Positions 29,520 to 38,742 of a stretch of 64,000 nucleotides of DNA are shown here, piece by piece. The position numbers and the translations under genes are program-made. The DNA comes from an uncultured Gammaproteobacteria bacterium. Lineage in GTDB: Bacteria > Patescibacteriota > Patescibacteriia > 2-01-FULL-39-33. The DNA is taken from contig CAZLFP010000005.1 of assembly GCA_964558935.1 (NCBI GenBank), forward strand, positions 20,667-84,666, read 5' to 3'. Numbering within the stretch: position 1 is the first letter of the stretch; each line of letters begins with the position of its first letter. The notes under the pieces were generated by a model, which saw only the letters and a program-made list of their open reading frames with translations, did not search any database and was not told the DNA's origin.

Positions 29520-30767
29520 ATGTTAAAAGATAGTCTCATAACTGGCTTAGATATTGGATCTACCACAATTCGTATGGTAGTGGGTCAGAAAACCAAGAAA
29601 GATGACCGGCTTAAGATTATTGGAGCTAGCGAAGCACCGGCTCAAGGCATTAGCAAAGGAGTAGTCACCAGCGTGGAGGACGCTGTCTCCTCAATTTCTG
29701 ATGCCTTGGAAAAAGTTGAACGGATGATCGGCCAACCCGTGGAACATGCTTGGGTGGGTATCTCCGGAACGCATATTATTGCTCAAGAAAGCAAGGGTGT
29801 GGTTGCCGTTTCAAAAGCTGACGGAGAAATAAGAGCTGAAGATGTTGAACGGGCGATTGAAGCGGCCAGGGCAATTGCGACACCACCGAATTACGAAATT
29901 CTGCATGTCATTCCTAAGAATTTTTCAGTTGATTCGCAGACGAACATTAAAGATCCAATCGGCATGACCGGCATTAGACTGGAAGTTGAAACTCAGATCA
30001 TTCAAGGTTTGACTTCCCAGATTAAGAATTTAACCAAGTGCATTTACCGGACTGGTTTGGATATAGATGATTTAGTGTTGGCTGTCTTAGCCAATGCTGA
30101 GAGCGTTTTAACCAATCGTCAAAAGGAGTTGGGGGTGGCGGTGGTTAACATTGGGGGAGCCACAACCAGTTTGGCCGTATTTGAAGAGAGTGATGTTCTG
30201 CATACGGCCGTATTGCCCATTGGTTCAGAATATATCACAAATGATATCGCAATTGGTCTTAGGATTTCCATAGATACGGCTGAGAAAATTAAGGTTAGAC
30301 AAGGCAGTAGTTTGCCTAAAGATTTTAAGAAACATGATGAGGTTAGTTATTCTGAAGTGAGCGGTACGGAAGAAGGTTTTTTTTCCAAAAAAGAAGTGGC
30401 TGAGATTATTGAAGCTCGAGTTGAAGAAATCATGAACCGCATTGACAAGGAATTGAAAAAGATAGGTAAATCCGGCATGCTGCCAGCCGGGATCGTCTTA
30501 ACTGGATCAGGGGCAAAATTAGAAGGCATTGTTGAGACGGCCAAGCAGTCTTTAAGATTGCCGGTTTCCTTAGGCCAGCCTCAAGAATTGGTTTCTAATT
30601 TGGATAAAATATCAGACATGTCATATACAACTGCCGTTGGCTTGGTTTTATGGGGAGCTCAAATGCAAAAAGGAGGTGGCCTGGGTAAACTGCCCAGTTT
30701 GCGTTTTGAAAGCATTTCTAAAGCAACCAATCAAATCAGAAGTTGGTTTAAACATTTATTACCTTAA
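29520..30767 (+). CDS. ftsA: Cell division protein FtsA
   Basis: GLDIGST, DPIGMTGIRLE, NIGGATT, ITNDIAIGL, IEARVEEI, VLTGSGA. Confidence 0.95.
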   Translation: MLKDSLITGLDIGSTTIRMVVGQKTKKDDRLKIIGASEAPAQGISKGVVTSVEDAVSSISDALEKVERMIGQPVEHAWVGISGTHIIAQESKGVVAVSKADGEIRAEDVERAIEAARAIATPPNYEILHVIPKNFSVDSQTNIKDPIGMTGIRLEVETQIIQGLTSQIKNLTKCIYRTGLDIDDLVLAVLANAESVLTNRQKELGVAVVNIGGATTSLAVFEESDVLHTAVLPIGSEYITNDIAIGLRISIDTAEKIKVRQGSSLPKDFKKHDEVSYSEVSGTEEGFFSKKEVAEIIEARVEEIMNRIDKELKKIGKSGMLPAGIVLTGSGAKLEGIVETAKQSLRLPVSLGQPQELVSNLDKISDMSYTTAVGLVLWGAQMQKGGGLGKLPSLRFESISKATNQIRSWFKHLLP

Positions 30768-30768
30768 T

Positions 30769-31569
30769 ATGCCTAGAAAAAAAACCACAACTCGTAAAAC
30801 TCAGGTTAAAAAAAGTGTTAAAAAAAATACTACCTCTTCTGTCAAATCGCGAAGGAATCAAACCGGTCAGTTAAAGGATTTTCCAGAATACGTACCTAGT
30901 CCGCCGGTGAAATCACGACAGAGAGTGGGGAGAGTGATAATTATTACAGCTTCGACCACCTTACTGCTTATTATTAGCTTAATCGCCGCATATAATCTCT
31001 GGTATGCTCCATACCTAAGTCAACCTCAGATTTTAGGTCAGGTTGAATCTAAGGATGTACCGGCTGGTTCTCAACCCTTGGGAGTAGAGTTAAATTTACC
31101 TGAAACACCGGCACCCAGTCCTAAACCAAGTGATCCAACTCAAGATTGGTTAAGCTTCCAGAATCAGGATTATTGGCTAAAATATCCGGCTAATTGGCAG
31201 TTAAACACCTCAACCTCGGAAGTTAGTTTATCAAACGACTTGGCAAATGTTTTAATATCTATTAAAGTGGAGATATCCAATCTAGATCTAGATCAATACA
31301 TCGCTCAGTTAGATCGAACAAATATTTTGTCAACTAGAAATAAATATACTTTAAATACTCAAGAAAAAGGCGAAATAAATGGGCAATATGCTGTTGTTAG
31401 GCAGTTATCTCTGGATAATCAAGAGCAGGTAGTTACCTACTTGAAATCGAACAATAAAATTGTTATTATCAAGTTAACAGCAGATAGCTTAAATTTAGAA
31501 CTGAATGAGTTCTACCAGCAATTGCTTTCCACTTTTAATTTAATTGCTCAAGCGCCTGTTGAAGAATAA
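30769..31569 (+). CDS. Single-pass membrane protein with basic N-terminus and PsbP-like extracellular domain
   Basis: ATG 30769 right after ftsA stop; TM; DPTQDW..F...YWLKYPANW; ends FYQQLLSTF. Confidence 0.7.
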   Translation: MPRKKTTTRKTQVKKSVKKNTTSSVKSRRNQTGQLKDFPEYVPSPPVKSRQRVGRVIIITASTTLLLIISLIAAYNLWYAPYLSQPQILGQVESKDVPAGSQPLGVELNLPETPAPSPKPSDPTQDWLSFQNQDYWLKYPANWQLNTSTSEVSLSNDLANVLISIKVEISNLDLDQYIAQLDRTNILSTRNKYTLNTQEKGEINGQYAVVRQLSLDNQEQVVTYLKSNNKIVIIKLTADSLNLELNEFYQQLLSTFNLIAQAPVEE

Positions 31570-31587
31570 TAAATATCAAATCATAAT

Positions 31588-32775
31588 ATGCCGGAAATTA
31601 AACCAGAGATAGAAACATTCGCAAAGATAAAAGTAATTGGCGTGGGCGGTTCTGGTGGTTCAGCCGTTAATCGGATGATTGAATCTAAGATTAGGGGTGT
31701 TGAGTTTATTGCGGTCAATACTGATGTGCAAGCTCTGCAACATAATAACGCCAAGCAAAAACTGCATATCGGTCATAACACCACCAAAGGTTTGGGTGCC
31801 GGCATGAATCCGGAAGTTGGCATGCAATCTGCTCAGGAGAACATTAATGAAATTAGGGATTTGCTTAAAGGTGCTGACATGGTGTTTATCACTTGCGGTT
31901 TAGGCGGTGGTACGGGTACGGGAGCTGCTCCGGTAATTGCCACTGTTGCTCAAGAATTGGGAGCTTTGACCGTGGCCGTGGTTACCAAGCCTTTTACTTT
32001 TGAAGGTGCTAAAAGATCTGAACTGGCTGAAAAAGGTTTTCAGCAGTTAAAGGACCAGGTAGATACTATTATTACCATTCCAAATGACAAGATTTTAAAC
32101 ATTATCGATAAAAAAACATCTTTAGTTGACGCTTTTAAAACAGCTGACGATGTTTTAAGACAGGGTGTACAGGGTATTTCTGAATTAATTACCATACCCG
32201 GTTTAATCAATGTTGACTTTGCTGACGTCAAAGCCATTATGCAAGATGCCGGTTCAGCTTTGATGGGTATTGGCGATGGCAGTGGAGAAAACAGAGCGGT
32301 AACTGCGGCTAAAATGGCCATTTCTTCACCTTTATTGGACATTTCCATTGATGGTGCCAAGGGTATTTTGTTTATTATTGTGGGTGGTCCGAGCTTAACT
32401 ATGAGCGAAGTAAATGATGCTGCTAATGTTATTACGGAAAGTGCGGATGCCAATGCCAAGATTATTTTCGGTGCGGTGATTGATGAGAGTATGAAAGACA
32501 GAGTCAGGATTACAGTGGTGGCTACCGGTTTCGGAGACTACGAGCAGACGCCCAAGAAGACTTCTTTGGCTGAGCCCAAGTATTCTATGAATAAACTGTT
32601 TACCAGTAAACATGTCCAGGAAACACCGGATGACGATTACCAGCCCAAACCCAGTATTAAAACGGAAGAATCTAAGCCGACGAGAATAGAGACTCAAACC
32701 AAATCTCAGCCAGTTGTCAATGAAGAAGATGATGATTTGGAAATTCCCGCTTTCATTCGCAAGAAAATGAAATAA
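31588..32775 (+). CDS. ftsZ: Cell division protein FtsZ
   Basis: [18 protein letters not shown]-terminal [10 protein letters not shown]. Confidence 0.98.
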   Translation: MPEIKPEIETFAKIKVIGVGGSGGSAVNRMIESKIRGVEFIAVNTDVQALQHNNAKQKLHIGHNTTKGLGAGMNPEVGMQSAQENINEIRDLLKGADMVFITCGLGGGTGTGAAPVIATVAQELGALTVAVVTKPFTFEGAKRSELAEKGFQQLKDQVDTIITIPNDKILNIIDKKTSLVDAFKTADDVLRQGVQGISELITIPGLINVDFADVKAIMQDAGSALMGIGDGSGENRAVTAAKMAISSPLLDISIDGAKGILFIIVGGPSLTMSEVNDAANVITESADANAKIIFGAVIDESMKDRVRITVVATGFGDYEQTPKKTSLAEPKYSMNKLFTSKHVQETPDDDYQPKPSIKTEESKPTRIETQTKSQPVVNEEDDDLEIPAFIRKKMK

Positions 32776-32787
32776 AATATCTCATTT

Positions 32788-32817
32788 ATCTCACTGCCCA
32801 GGCAGTGAGATTTTTTT
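32788..32817 (+). terminator. Intrinsic terminator after ftsZ
   Basis: ATCTCACTGCC-CA-GGCAGTGAGAT then T-run. Confidence 0.85.
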
Positions 32818-32822
32818 ATAAG

Positions 32823-32849
32823 AAAACCCTCACAGCGATTGTGAGGGTT
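32823..32849 (-). terminator. Terminator of convergent Zn-ribbon gene
   Basis: AACCCTCACA-GCGAT-TGTGAGGGTT preceded by an A-run on the + strand. Confidence 0.65.
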
Positions 32850-32854
32850 AAAGT

Positions 32855-33178
32855 TTAGGGGCCGAGTTGTCTGATCTGTCGGATGAGTTCTTCAGCTTCT
32901 TCATCGCTGATGCCAGCGGGCTGACTGTCATCAGCTGTTTCATACAGAGTCTGAAGTTGCTCTTTGAGAAAAGCGAGCACAATTCCGCAGATATGGTCTG
33001 CTTTCTCACCCGGACTGGATTGATTCAGCAGATCTCGGCATAAGGGCAGAATATGACCAATGACCAGAATTGGTTCATGACACTCCGGGCAAGGTCCTAT
33101 AACTAAAGGCTCGGGCGGCAGTAGCATAGTACCTTGAGCCTGGCAGTGGGGGCAAGTGACGACCAGGGTACTTATCAT
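32855..33178 (-). CDS. Small zinc-ribbon hypothetical protein
   Basis: CPHC..CPEC; AAAGGAG SD 8 nt upstream of ATG 33178; own terminator. Confidence 0.7.
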   Translation of the reverse strand: MISTLVVTCPHCQAQGTMLLPPEPLVIGPCPECHEPILVIGHILPLCRDLLNQSSPGEKADHICGIVLAFLKEQLQTLYETADDSQPAGISDEEAEELIRQIRQLGP

Positions 33179-33270
33179 GACAACCACTCCTTTCTGTTGT
33201 GAAATCTGGTTATGCCATTATCATACAAATTAATCTTAAAAATGTCAAGTCTGACATTTAGATTTAATAT

Positions 33271-33279
33271 TTATCCACA
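33271..33279 (+). promoter_or_regulatory. DnaA box upstream of nrdD promoter
   Basis: Perfect TTATCCACA. Confidence 0.55.
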
Positions 33280-33321
33280 GTTGAGTTTGATTTGAACATA
33301 AAAGACTGAAAAAACAGGTTT

Positions 33322-33351
33322 TTGACACTGGTTGGTTAAGCGGAGTATAAT
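33322..33351 (+). promoter_or_regulatory. Sigma70 promoter of nrdD
   Basis: TTGACA-18bp-TATAAT. Confidence 0.7.
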
Positions 33352-33489
33352 ATGAATATATCTCTACTGGCCTTAATGTTTGTGGTAAGGACTTGAATTA
33401 GAATTTATCTAAATATTTCTGTTTCAAGTCTATTTTTTTCTGATATTTTTTGGCCATCTCAGGTGACTAACTATTTTCTCATTCATTAT

Positions 33490-35535
33490 ATGGAGACGCA
33501 AATCAAACAAGTACGCAAACGTGATGGCAGTATTATTGATTTTGAGCAAACTAAAATTACTCAGGCCATTTACAAGGCCTTACAAGCTGTTGGCAGAGAT
33601 GACCAGGAATTGGCGACAAAGTTATCCAATGAAGTCGTGCAGGTTATTAACAGCAAATTCCATCCCAGGTCAATTCCAGCCATTGAAGAAATTCAGGATG
33701 CGGTGGAAGAAACTCTGATTAAGGACGGACTGGTTAAAGCAGCTAAATCTTATATCATCTACCGGGAGCAACATGCTCAGTTGCGAGACATGAAGAAGTT
33801 GATTAATTCCCATGATATTATTGACGGCTATTTAAAACAGTTGGATTGGAGAGTTAAAGAAAATGCCAACATGGCCTATTCTCTGCAAGGCCTTAACAAC
33901 CATGTGGCTTCAGCTATTAGTTCCCATTATTGGTTAAATAAGATTTATCCGCCGGAAATCAGGGATGCTCATATAGATGGAGCATTGCATCTGCATGATT
34001 TGCAGATTTTAGCGGTCTATTGCTGTGGTTGGGATTTGCAGGCATTGCTCAGAGTTGGTTTTGGGGGAGTTGACGGCAAGATTCATTCCAAACCGGCCAA
34101 GCATTTTTCCGTGGCTTTGGGTCAGATTGTGAATTATTTCTATACCTTGCAAGGCGAAGCAGCCGGTGCTCAAGCTTTTGCCAACTTCGATACCTTGCTG
34201 GCTCCTTTTATTCGTCAGGATGGTTTAAATTACGAAAAGGTGAAACAAAATTTGCAAGCCTTTGTATTTAATATCAATGTACCGACCAGAGTCGGCTTTC
34301 AAACCCCTTTTACCAATTTAACTTTTGATTTAGCCTGTCCTTCCACCTTGGCCAATGAACCGGTGGTGATCGGAGGTATTCCCCAAAAAGAAACCTACAA
34401 AGAATTTCAGCCGGAAATGGATATGATTAACAAAGCTTTTGCGGAAGTCATGATGGCCGGCGATGCCAAGGGCAGGGTTTTTACCTTTCCCATTCCTACT
34501 TACAACATTTCCAAGGATTTTGATTGGAATAACAAGGTTTTGGATCCGGTTTGGGAAATGACTGCCAAGTACGGCATACCCTATTTTGCCAATTTCATCA
34601 ACAGCGATATGTCAGCGGATGACGCCAGATCCATGTGCTGTCGTCTGAGATTGGATAACCGGGAACTCAGAAAAAGAGGCGGCGGTTTGTTTGGAGCTAA
34701 TCCTTTGACCGGCTCGGTCGGTGTGGCGACTATTAATCTGCCCAGAATTGGTTATACATCCAAAACTCAGGAAGCTTTTTTTAATCGTTTGGGTCAGGTG
34801 ATGGATTTGGCTCGAGACAGTTTGAAATTGAAGAGAGAAATCCTGGAGAATTTTACCCAGCAGGGCTTGTATCCGTATTCCAAGTATTATCTCAGCGATA
34901 TTTATGAACGTTTTGGCCAGTACTGGAGAAATCATTTCAATACCATTGGGATTATCGGTATGAATGAAACTTTGTTGAACTACATGAACAGGCCATTAAG
35001 CACTCAAGAAGGTCAAGATTTTGCCGTACAAGTCATGGATTATATGTTAAAGAGATTGGCTAAGTACCAAGAAGAAGATGACCAGTTATATAATTTGGAA
35101 GCTACGCCGGCTGAAGGTGCAACTTACCGTTTTGCCAAGAAAGACAAAGAATTGTATCCAGATATTATTGTGGCCAACAATGAGGCCTACCAAGAGAGGG
35201 GAGCTGCTCCGTATTACACCAATTCCACTCATTTGCCGGTTAATTATTCCAATGACCTGTTTGAAGTTTTGGAAAAACAGGATCCTTTGCAAGTTAAATA
35301 CACCGGGGGTACTGTGGTGCATGGTTTCTTGGCTGAGAGGATGCCGGATATTGAAAGTACCAAAATGTTGGTTAAAAAGATTGCTGAGAATTTTCATTTA
35401 CCTTATTACACTCTAACTCCCACTTTCTCGATCTGTCCCAAGCATGGTTATTTGCCGGGAGAGCATGAATTCTGTCCTTATTGCGACGAGGAAATAGGAT
35501 ATGTGCGTCAGCAAGATGAAAAATTGCCATTATAA
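33490..35535 (+). CDS. nrdD: Anaerobic (class III) ribonucleoside-triphosphate reductase, large subunit with ATP-cone and no glycyl-radical tail
   Basis: ATP-cone VRKRDG; DWRVKENAN, HLHDL, YCCGW, RSMCCRL, EATPAEG, YYTNS, YTGGTV, CPKHG..CPYC; no RxxGY motif. Confidence 0.92.
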   Translation: METQIKQVRKRDGSIIDFEQTKITQAIYKALQAVGRDDQELATKLSNEVVQVINSKFHPRSIPAIEEIQDAVEETLIKDGLVKAAKSYIIYREQHAQLRDMKKLINSHDIIDGYLKQLDWRVKENANMAYSLQGLNNHVASAISSHYWLNKIYPPEIRDAHIDGALHLHDLQILAVYCCGWDLQALLRVGFGGVDGKIHSKPAKHFSVALGQIVNYFYTLQGEAAGAQAFANFDTLLAPFIRQDGLNYEKVKQNLQAFVFNINVPTRVGFQTPFTNLTFDLACPSTLANEPVVIGGIPQKETYKEFQPEMDMINKAFAEVMMAGDAKGRVFTFPIPTYNISKDFDWNNKVLDPVWEMTAKYGIPYFANFINSDMSADDARSMCCRLRLDNRELRKRGGGLFGANPLTGSVGVATINLPRIGYTSKTQEAFFNRLGQVMDLARDSLKLKREILENFTQQGLYPYSKYYLSDIYERFGQYWRNHFNTIGIIGMNETLLNYMNRPLSTQEGQDFAVQVMDYMLKRLAKYQEEDDQLYNLEATPAEGATYRFAKKDKELYPDIIVANNEAYQERGAAPYYTNSTHLPVNYSNDLFEVLEKQDPLQVKYTGGTVVHGFLAERMPDIESTKMLVKKIAENFHLPYYTLTPTFSICPKHGYLPGEHEFCPYCDEEIGYVRQQDEKLPL

Positions 35536-35550
35536 ATAAAAAAAATACAC

Positions 35551-35706
35551 ATGGAAGGTGAATTAAATTCTAAACGTCAGCGGTGTGAAGTTTGGTCTCG
35601 TGTGACTGGTTATTTAAGGCCGGTCAGCGGATATAATCCAGGCAAACAAGCTGAATATTACAGTCGTAAGAAATATGCAGTCAGTAAGGATTGCGGTTCA
35701 GTCTAA
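35551..35706 (+). CDS. Stand-alone glycyl-radical domain of NrdD (51 aa, not in ORF track)
   Basis: MEGELNSKRQRCEVWSRVTGYLRPVSGYNPGKQAEYYSRKKY..; the RVTGYL..N.GK..E...R signature of the NrdD C-terminus. Confidence 0.9.
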   Translation: MEGELNSKRQRCEVWSRVTGYLRPVSGYNPGKQAEYYSRKKYAVSKDCGSV

Positions 35707-35708
35707 AC

Positions 35709-36404
35709 ATGAAAATCGGCGGTTTACAACCAGTAACTCTATTGGATTATCCTCAAAAGGTGGCAGCAATTGTATTCACATCCGGATGCAATCTACGCTG
35801 CCCTTTTTGTTATAATCCGTCTTTGGTCTTGCCACAGCTGATCAAAAAAAGCAATTTACTGGCTGACACAGAGCTGTTTAAGTTCTTAAAGAAAAGACGT
35901 AATTTTTTGGACGGACTGGTTATTACCGGAGGAGAACCGACTGTTCAGACGGATCTGGTGGATTTTTGTCAGCGAGTTAAAAAACTGGGTTATGCCATTA
36001 AATTAGATACAAATGGATTTTCTCCTCAGATACTGGATGAATTAATCAAAAACCGGTTAATAGACTATATTGCCATGGATATAAAAGCGCCTTTATCCAG
36101 ATACGCTGAAGTTTGCGGAGTTAAAGTCAGGACAGACGACATTCAGTCCAGTTTGGAGATTATCAAACACTCACAATTGCCGTACGAGTTTAGAAGCACT
36201 CTAGTCAAGGGATTGCATCGCAAAGCAGACATTATTCGGATGGCCAAGCTAGCTCAAGATGCCCCCAAGTATTATCTGCAAAATTTTAATTATCAAAGCC
36301 GGTTGGTTAAACCAGATTTTGCCGGCAAGTTCTTTACCCATCAAGAGATGGAAAACATGCGTCAGATTGTGTTGAAGTTTGTTTCAGATTGCCAGATTCG
36401 CTAA
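35709..36404 (+). CDS. nrdG: Anaerobic RNR activating enzyme (radical SAM)
   Basis: MKIGGLQ..LLDYP, CNLRCPFC, ITGGEPT, KLDTNG; ATG 35709. Confidence 0.92.
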   Translation: MKIGGLQPVTLLDYPQKVAAIVFTSGCNLRCPFCYNPSLVLPQLIKKSNLLADTELFKFLKKRRNFLDGLVITGGEPTVQTDLVDFCQRVKKLGYAIKLDTNGFSPQILDELIKNRLIDYIAMDIKAPLSRYAEVCGVKVRTDDIQSSLEIIKHSQLPYEFRSTLVKGLHRKADIIRMAKLAQDAPKYYLQNFNYQSRLVKPDFAGKFFTHQEMENMRQIVLKFVSDCQIR

Positions 36405-36424
36405 AAACTGGTATAGTTAGAGTT

Positions 36425-36751
36425 ATGGAAGAAGACAAAAGTTTTGAAACCTTAATCAATCAGGAACAACCGCCGGTCGTTAAGACAGAAGCGGAGGATT
36501 TAAAAGCTTTACTGGAAGCTAATCTTAAGTATAGTCGGGCCATTTATGCTGATGTGCAAAAAGTTCGTCGGTATATATTCTGGCGCATGGTGATCAATAT
36601 CATCTGGTTGATTCTGGTTTTACTGCCAATCATTGTCGCCATTATTTATTTACCACCCGCTTTAATGGGTCTGTACCAAAGCTACCAGGAACTGCTAAAC
36701 GATTCACAGGGTTCATTGGATTTGATAAATCAGTTAAACCAATTTCAGTAA
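36425..36751 (+). CDS. Hypothetical membrane protein
   Basis: ATG 36425; one TM helix; stop overlaps prfB ATG. Confidence 0.7.
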   Translation: MEEDKSFETLINQEQPPVVKTEAEDLKALLEANLKYSRAIYADVQKVRRYIFWRMVINIIWLILVLLPIIVAIIYLPPALMGLYQSYQELLNDSQGSLDLINQLNQFQ

Positions 36752-37846
36752 TGCAAGATTTAGTTAACAAACTTAAAGATTTAAACGCAAAAATCTCTAA
36801 GACCTGGAGGTTACTTTGACCTGTCTGCAAAGCAGAAAAAGATTACGGAGTTGGAAAAAGACATGTCCAAGCCAGGATTTTGGGAAGATAATGTTACAGC
36901 AGCTCAAGTCAGTCAGGAATATGAAAGCATTAAATCTCAAATTAATGAGTGGGAAGCTTTAAAGCAGGAAGCTAGTGATTTAATTGAATTGTCTGAAGAT
37001 GAATCTTTGACAGCTGAGATTGAAAAAAAATATCAGAAGTTAGAGCAGCAATATTCAAAATTGGAGTTTGCTGTTTTATTTTCCTCCAAATACGATAACC
37101 AGTCAGCCATCTTGTCTATTCATGCCGGTACCGGGGGTGTCGATGCCCAGGATTGGGCGGAAATATTATTTCGGATGTATAGTCGTTTTTGTGATAATCA
37201 CGCTTTTAAAATTAGAATCATTGACCAAACTCCAGGCAGTGAAGCCGGGATTAAAAGCGTCACTCTAGAGATAGTCGGACATTTGGCCTATGGTTGGTTG
37301 AAAAGTGAAAATGGAGTGCATCGGTTGGTTAGAATCTCTCCTTTTGACGCGGAAAAAATGAGGCACACTTCATTTGCTTTAGTCGAAGTTTTACCGAATT
37401 TAGAAGAAACGACCGAAGTGGATTTAAAAGCGGAAGATTTAAAGATTGAAGTCATGCGAGCCGGAGGGCATGGCGGTCAATCCGTAAATACCACAGACAG
37501 TGCTGTCAGAATTACTCACATACCTACTAAAATTTCTGTTAGATGCCAGAATGAGAGATCTCAACTCCAAAATAAAAAGACCGCTTTTAAGATCTTAACC
37601 GGCAAGTTATTAAATTATTATGGAGAGTTGGAAAATAAGGAGCTAAAAAGGATTAAGGGAGATTATATGCAGGCTGAATGGGGTAATCAAGCCAGGTCAT
37701 ATATTATGCAGCCTTACCAGTTAGTCAAAGACCATCGGACCGGTTATGAGACAAGTGAGATAGAGCAGGTGTTGGACGGCGATTTGGATCAGTTCATAGA
37801 AAGTTATTTAAGATATAAAGTTAAGAAAAAAAGCAAGATTGCTTAA
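36751..37846 (+). CDS. prfB: Peptide chain release factor 2 with programmed +1 frameshift
   Basis: ATG 36751, 22 codons to GGAGG-tta-CTT-TGA-C (36806-36820), then +1 frame with SPF and GGQ motifs. Confidence 0.95.
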
Positions 37847-37853
37847 TCTTGCT

Positions 37854-38426
37854 TTAATACTCTTGCCACATCCAAGGTTTATTTTCTCTGGCCTGCATAA
37901 AGACGGTGTAAAAGTCTTCACCGGCCTGCCTGGGATTAAAGGTTGGGTAGTTGGCAGTTTCAAAGTCTGAGCGTCGGATGGCATGACCGAATAGTTCGGT
38001 CAGATCTTCATCCACCAAGGTGTTCAGTCTTTTTTGGTGGGCTCGTCTGGCTATTTTTTCCACACAATCCCATAGATGGAAACCGGCAATGCGAATGATT
38101 TTAGTCTTACCCAGTACTGCCAGTATTTCATCCGGATCTGGATAGACTGCCTGTAAACGGTGGGTGGCAAAGTCCAGATTGATCTGAATTACTCTGTCTG
38201 CCGGCTGTACTTGAACAAAGGGAGACACTTGGCAGTCTTGGAAAACAACGAAATTGATTCTAAAGCCTCTGTCCCGGTATCTCTGTTGGATACACAGGTT
38301 TAACAGTTGGATGTATTTGTTCTTGAAGTCCGCTGGATCTGCCGGCTGTCTTAAACTGTGTTTGTCCAATTCAAAATCTAAGATTTGGGGAATTGGGTAG
38401 AGAAAAACAAATTCTTTGTAGGCCAT
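37854..38426 (-). CDS. Hypothetical protein
   Basis: 190-aa ORF, GGAGG SD; IRIAGFHLWDCVEK resembles an alpha/beta enzyme motif. Confidence 0.7.
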   Translation of the reverse strand: MAYKEFVFLYPIPQILDFELDKHSLRQPADPADFKNKYIQLLNLCIQQRYRDRGFRINFVVFQDCQVSPFVQVQPADRVIQINLDFATHRLQAVYPDPDEILAVLGKTKIIRIAGFHLWDCVEKIARRAHQKRLNTLVDEDLTELFGHAIRRSDFETANYPTFNPRQAGEDFYTVFMQARENKPWMWQEY

Positions 38427-38635
38427 GGCATACCTCCCGTTTGAATTTGCATGCTTAGTTCATAATTATCCACTTTGAGTATAATCTCGTATTGATCCCT
38501 AAGATAGTCAAAAGTTGCTCTGACTAAACTTGGGTGCGAGATTAAGCCGTAGGTAAATTCTTTACCTTGAGTTCCGTGAGAGATAATCTGCATGACTAAA
38601 CCGCTCAGTTTGCTGTGAAAGGTAATCATCAGCAT
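38378..38635 (-). CDS. Small hypothetical protein
   Basis: AGGAGG SD upstream of ATG; 49-nt overlap with next ORF lowers confidence. Confidence 0.45.
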   Translation of the reverse strand: MLMITFHSKLSGLVMQIISHGTQGKEFTYGLISHPSLVRATFDYLRDQYEIILKVDNYELSMQIQTGGMPWPTKNLFFSTQFPKS

Positions 38636-38742
38636 CGATTCCTCCTTTTTGTTGGTGATTGTTATATACCAAATGCAATTGTAATTGTCAATGTAATTTT
38701 CTCTTTATCTCTCTTTGATTCAGTACTTAGTATGCTGGAGGT

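Noticed and set aside
30637-30768. Upstream extensions in the ORF track (also 50174, 55353, 35691, 36389, 33463, 1083)
   Set aside because: They overlap upstream genes or promoters; downstream ATGs match family N-termini
7410-32849. Shared AACCCTCAC arm in two terminators (7410 and 32825) as a REP-like family
   Set aside because: Only 9 nt and two copies with different loops; chance is plausible
33271-33279. Replication origin
   Set aside because: A single DnaA box with no cluster and no dnaA/dnaN nearby
36851-37846. prfB as truncated gene or pseudogene
   Set aside because: Explained by the canonical programmed frameshift
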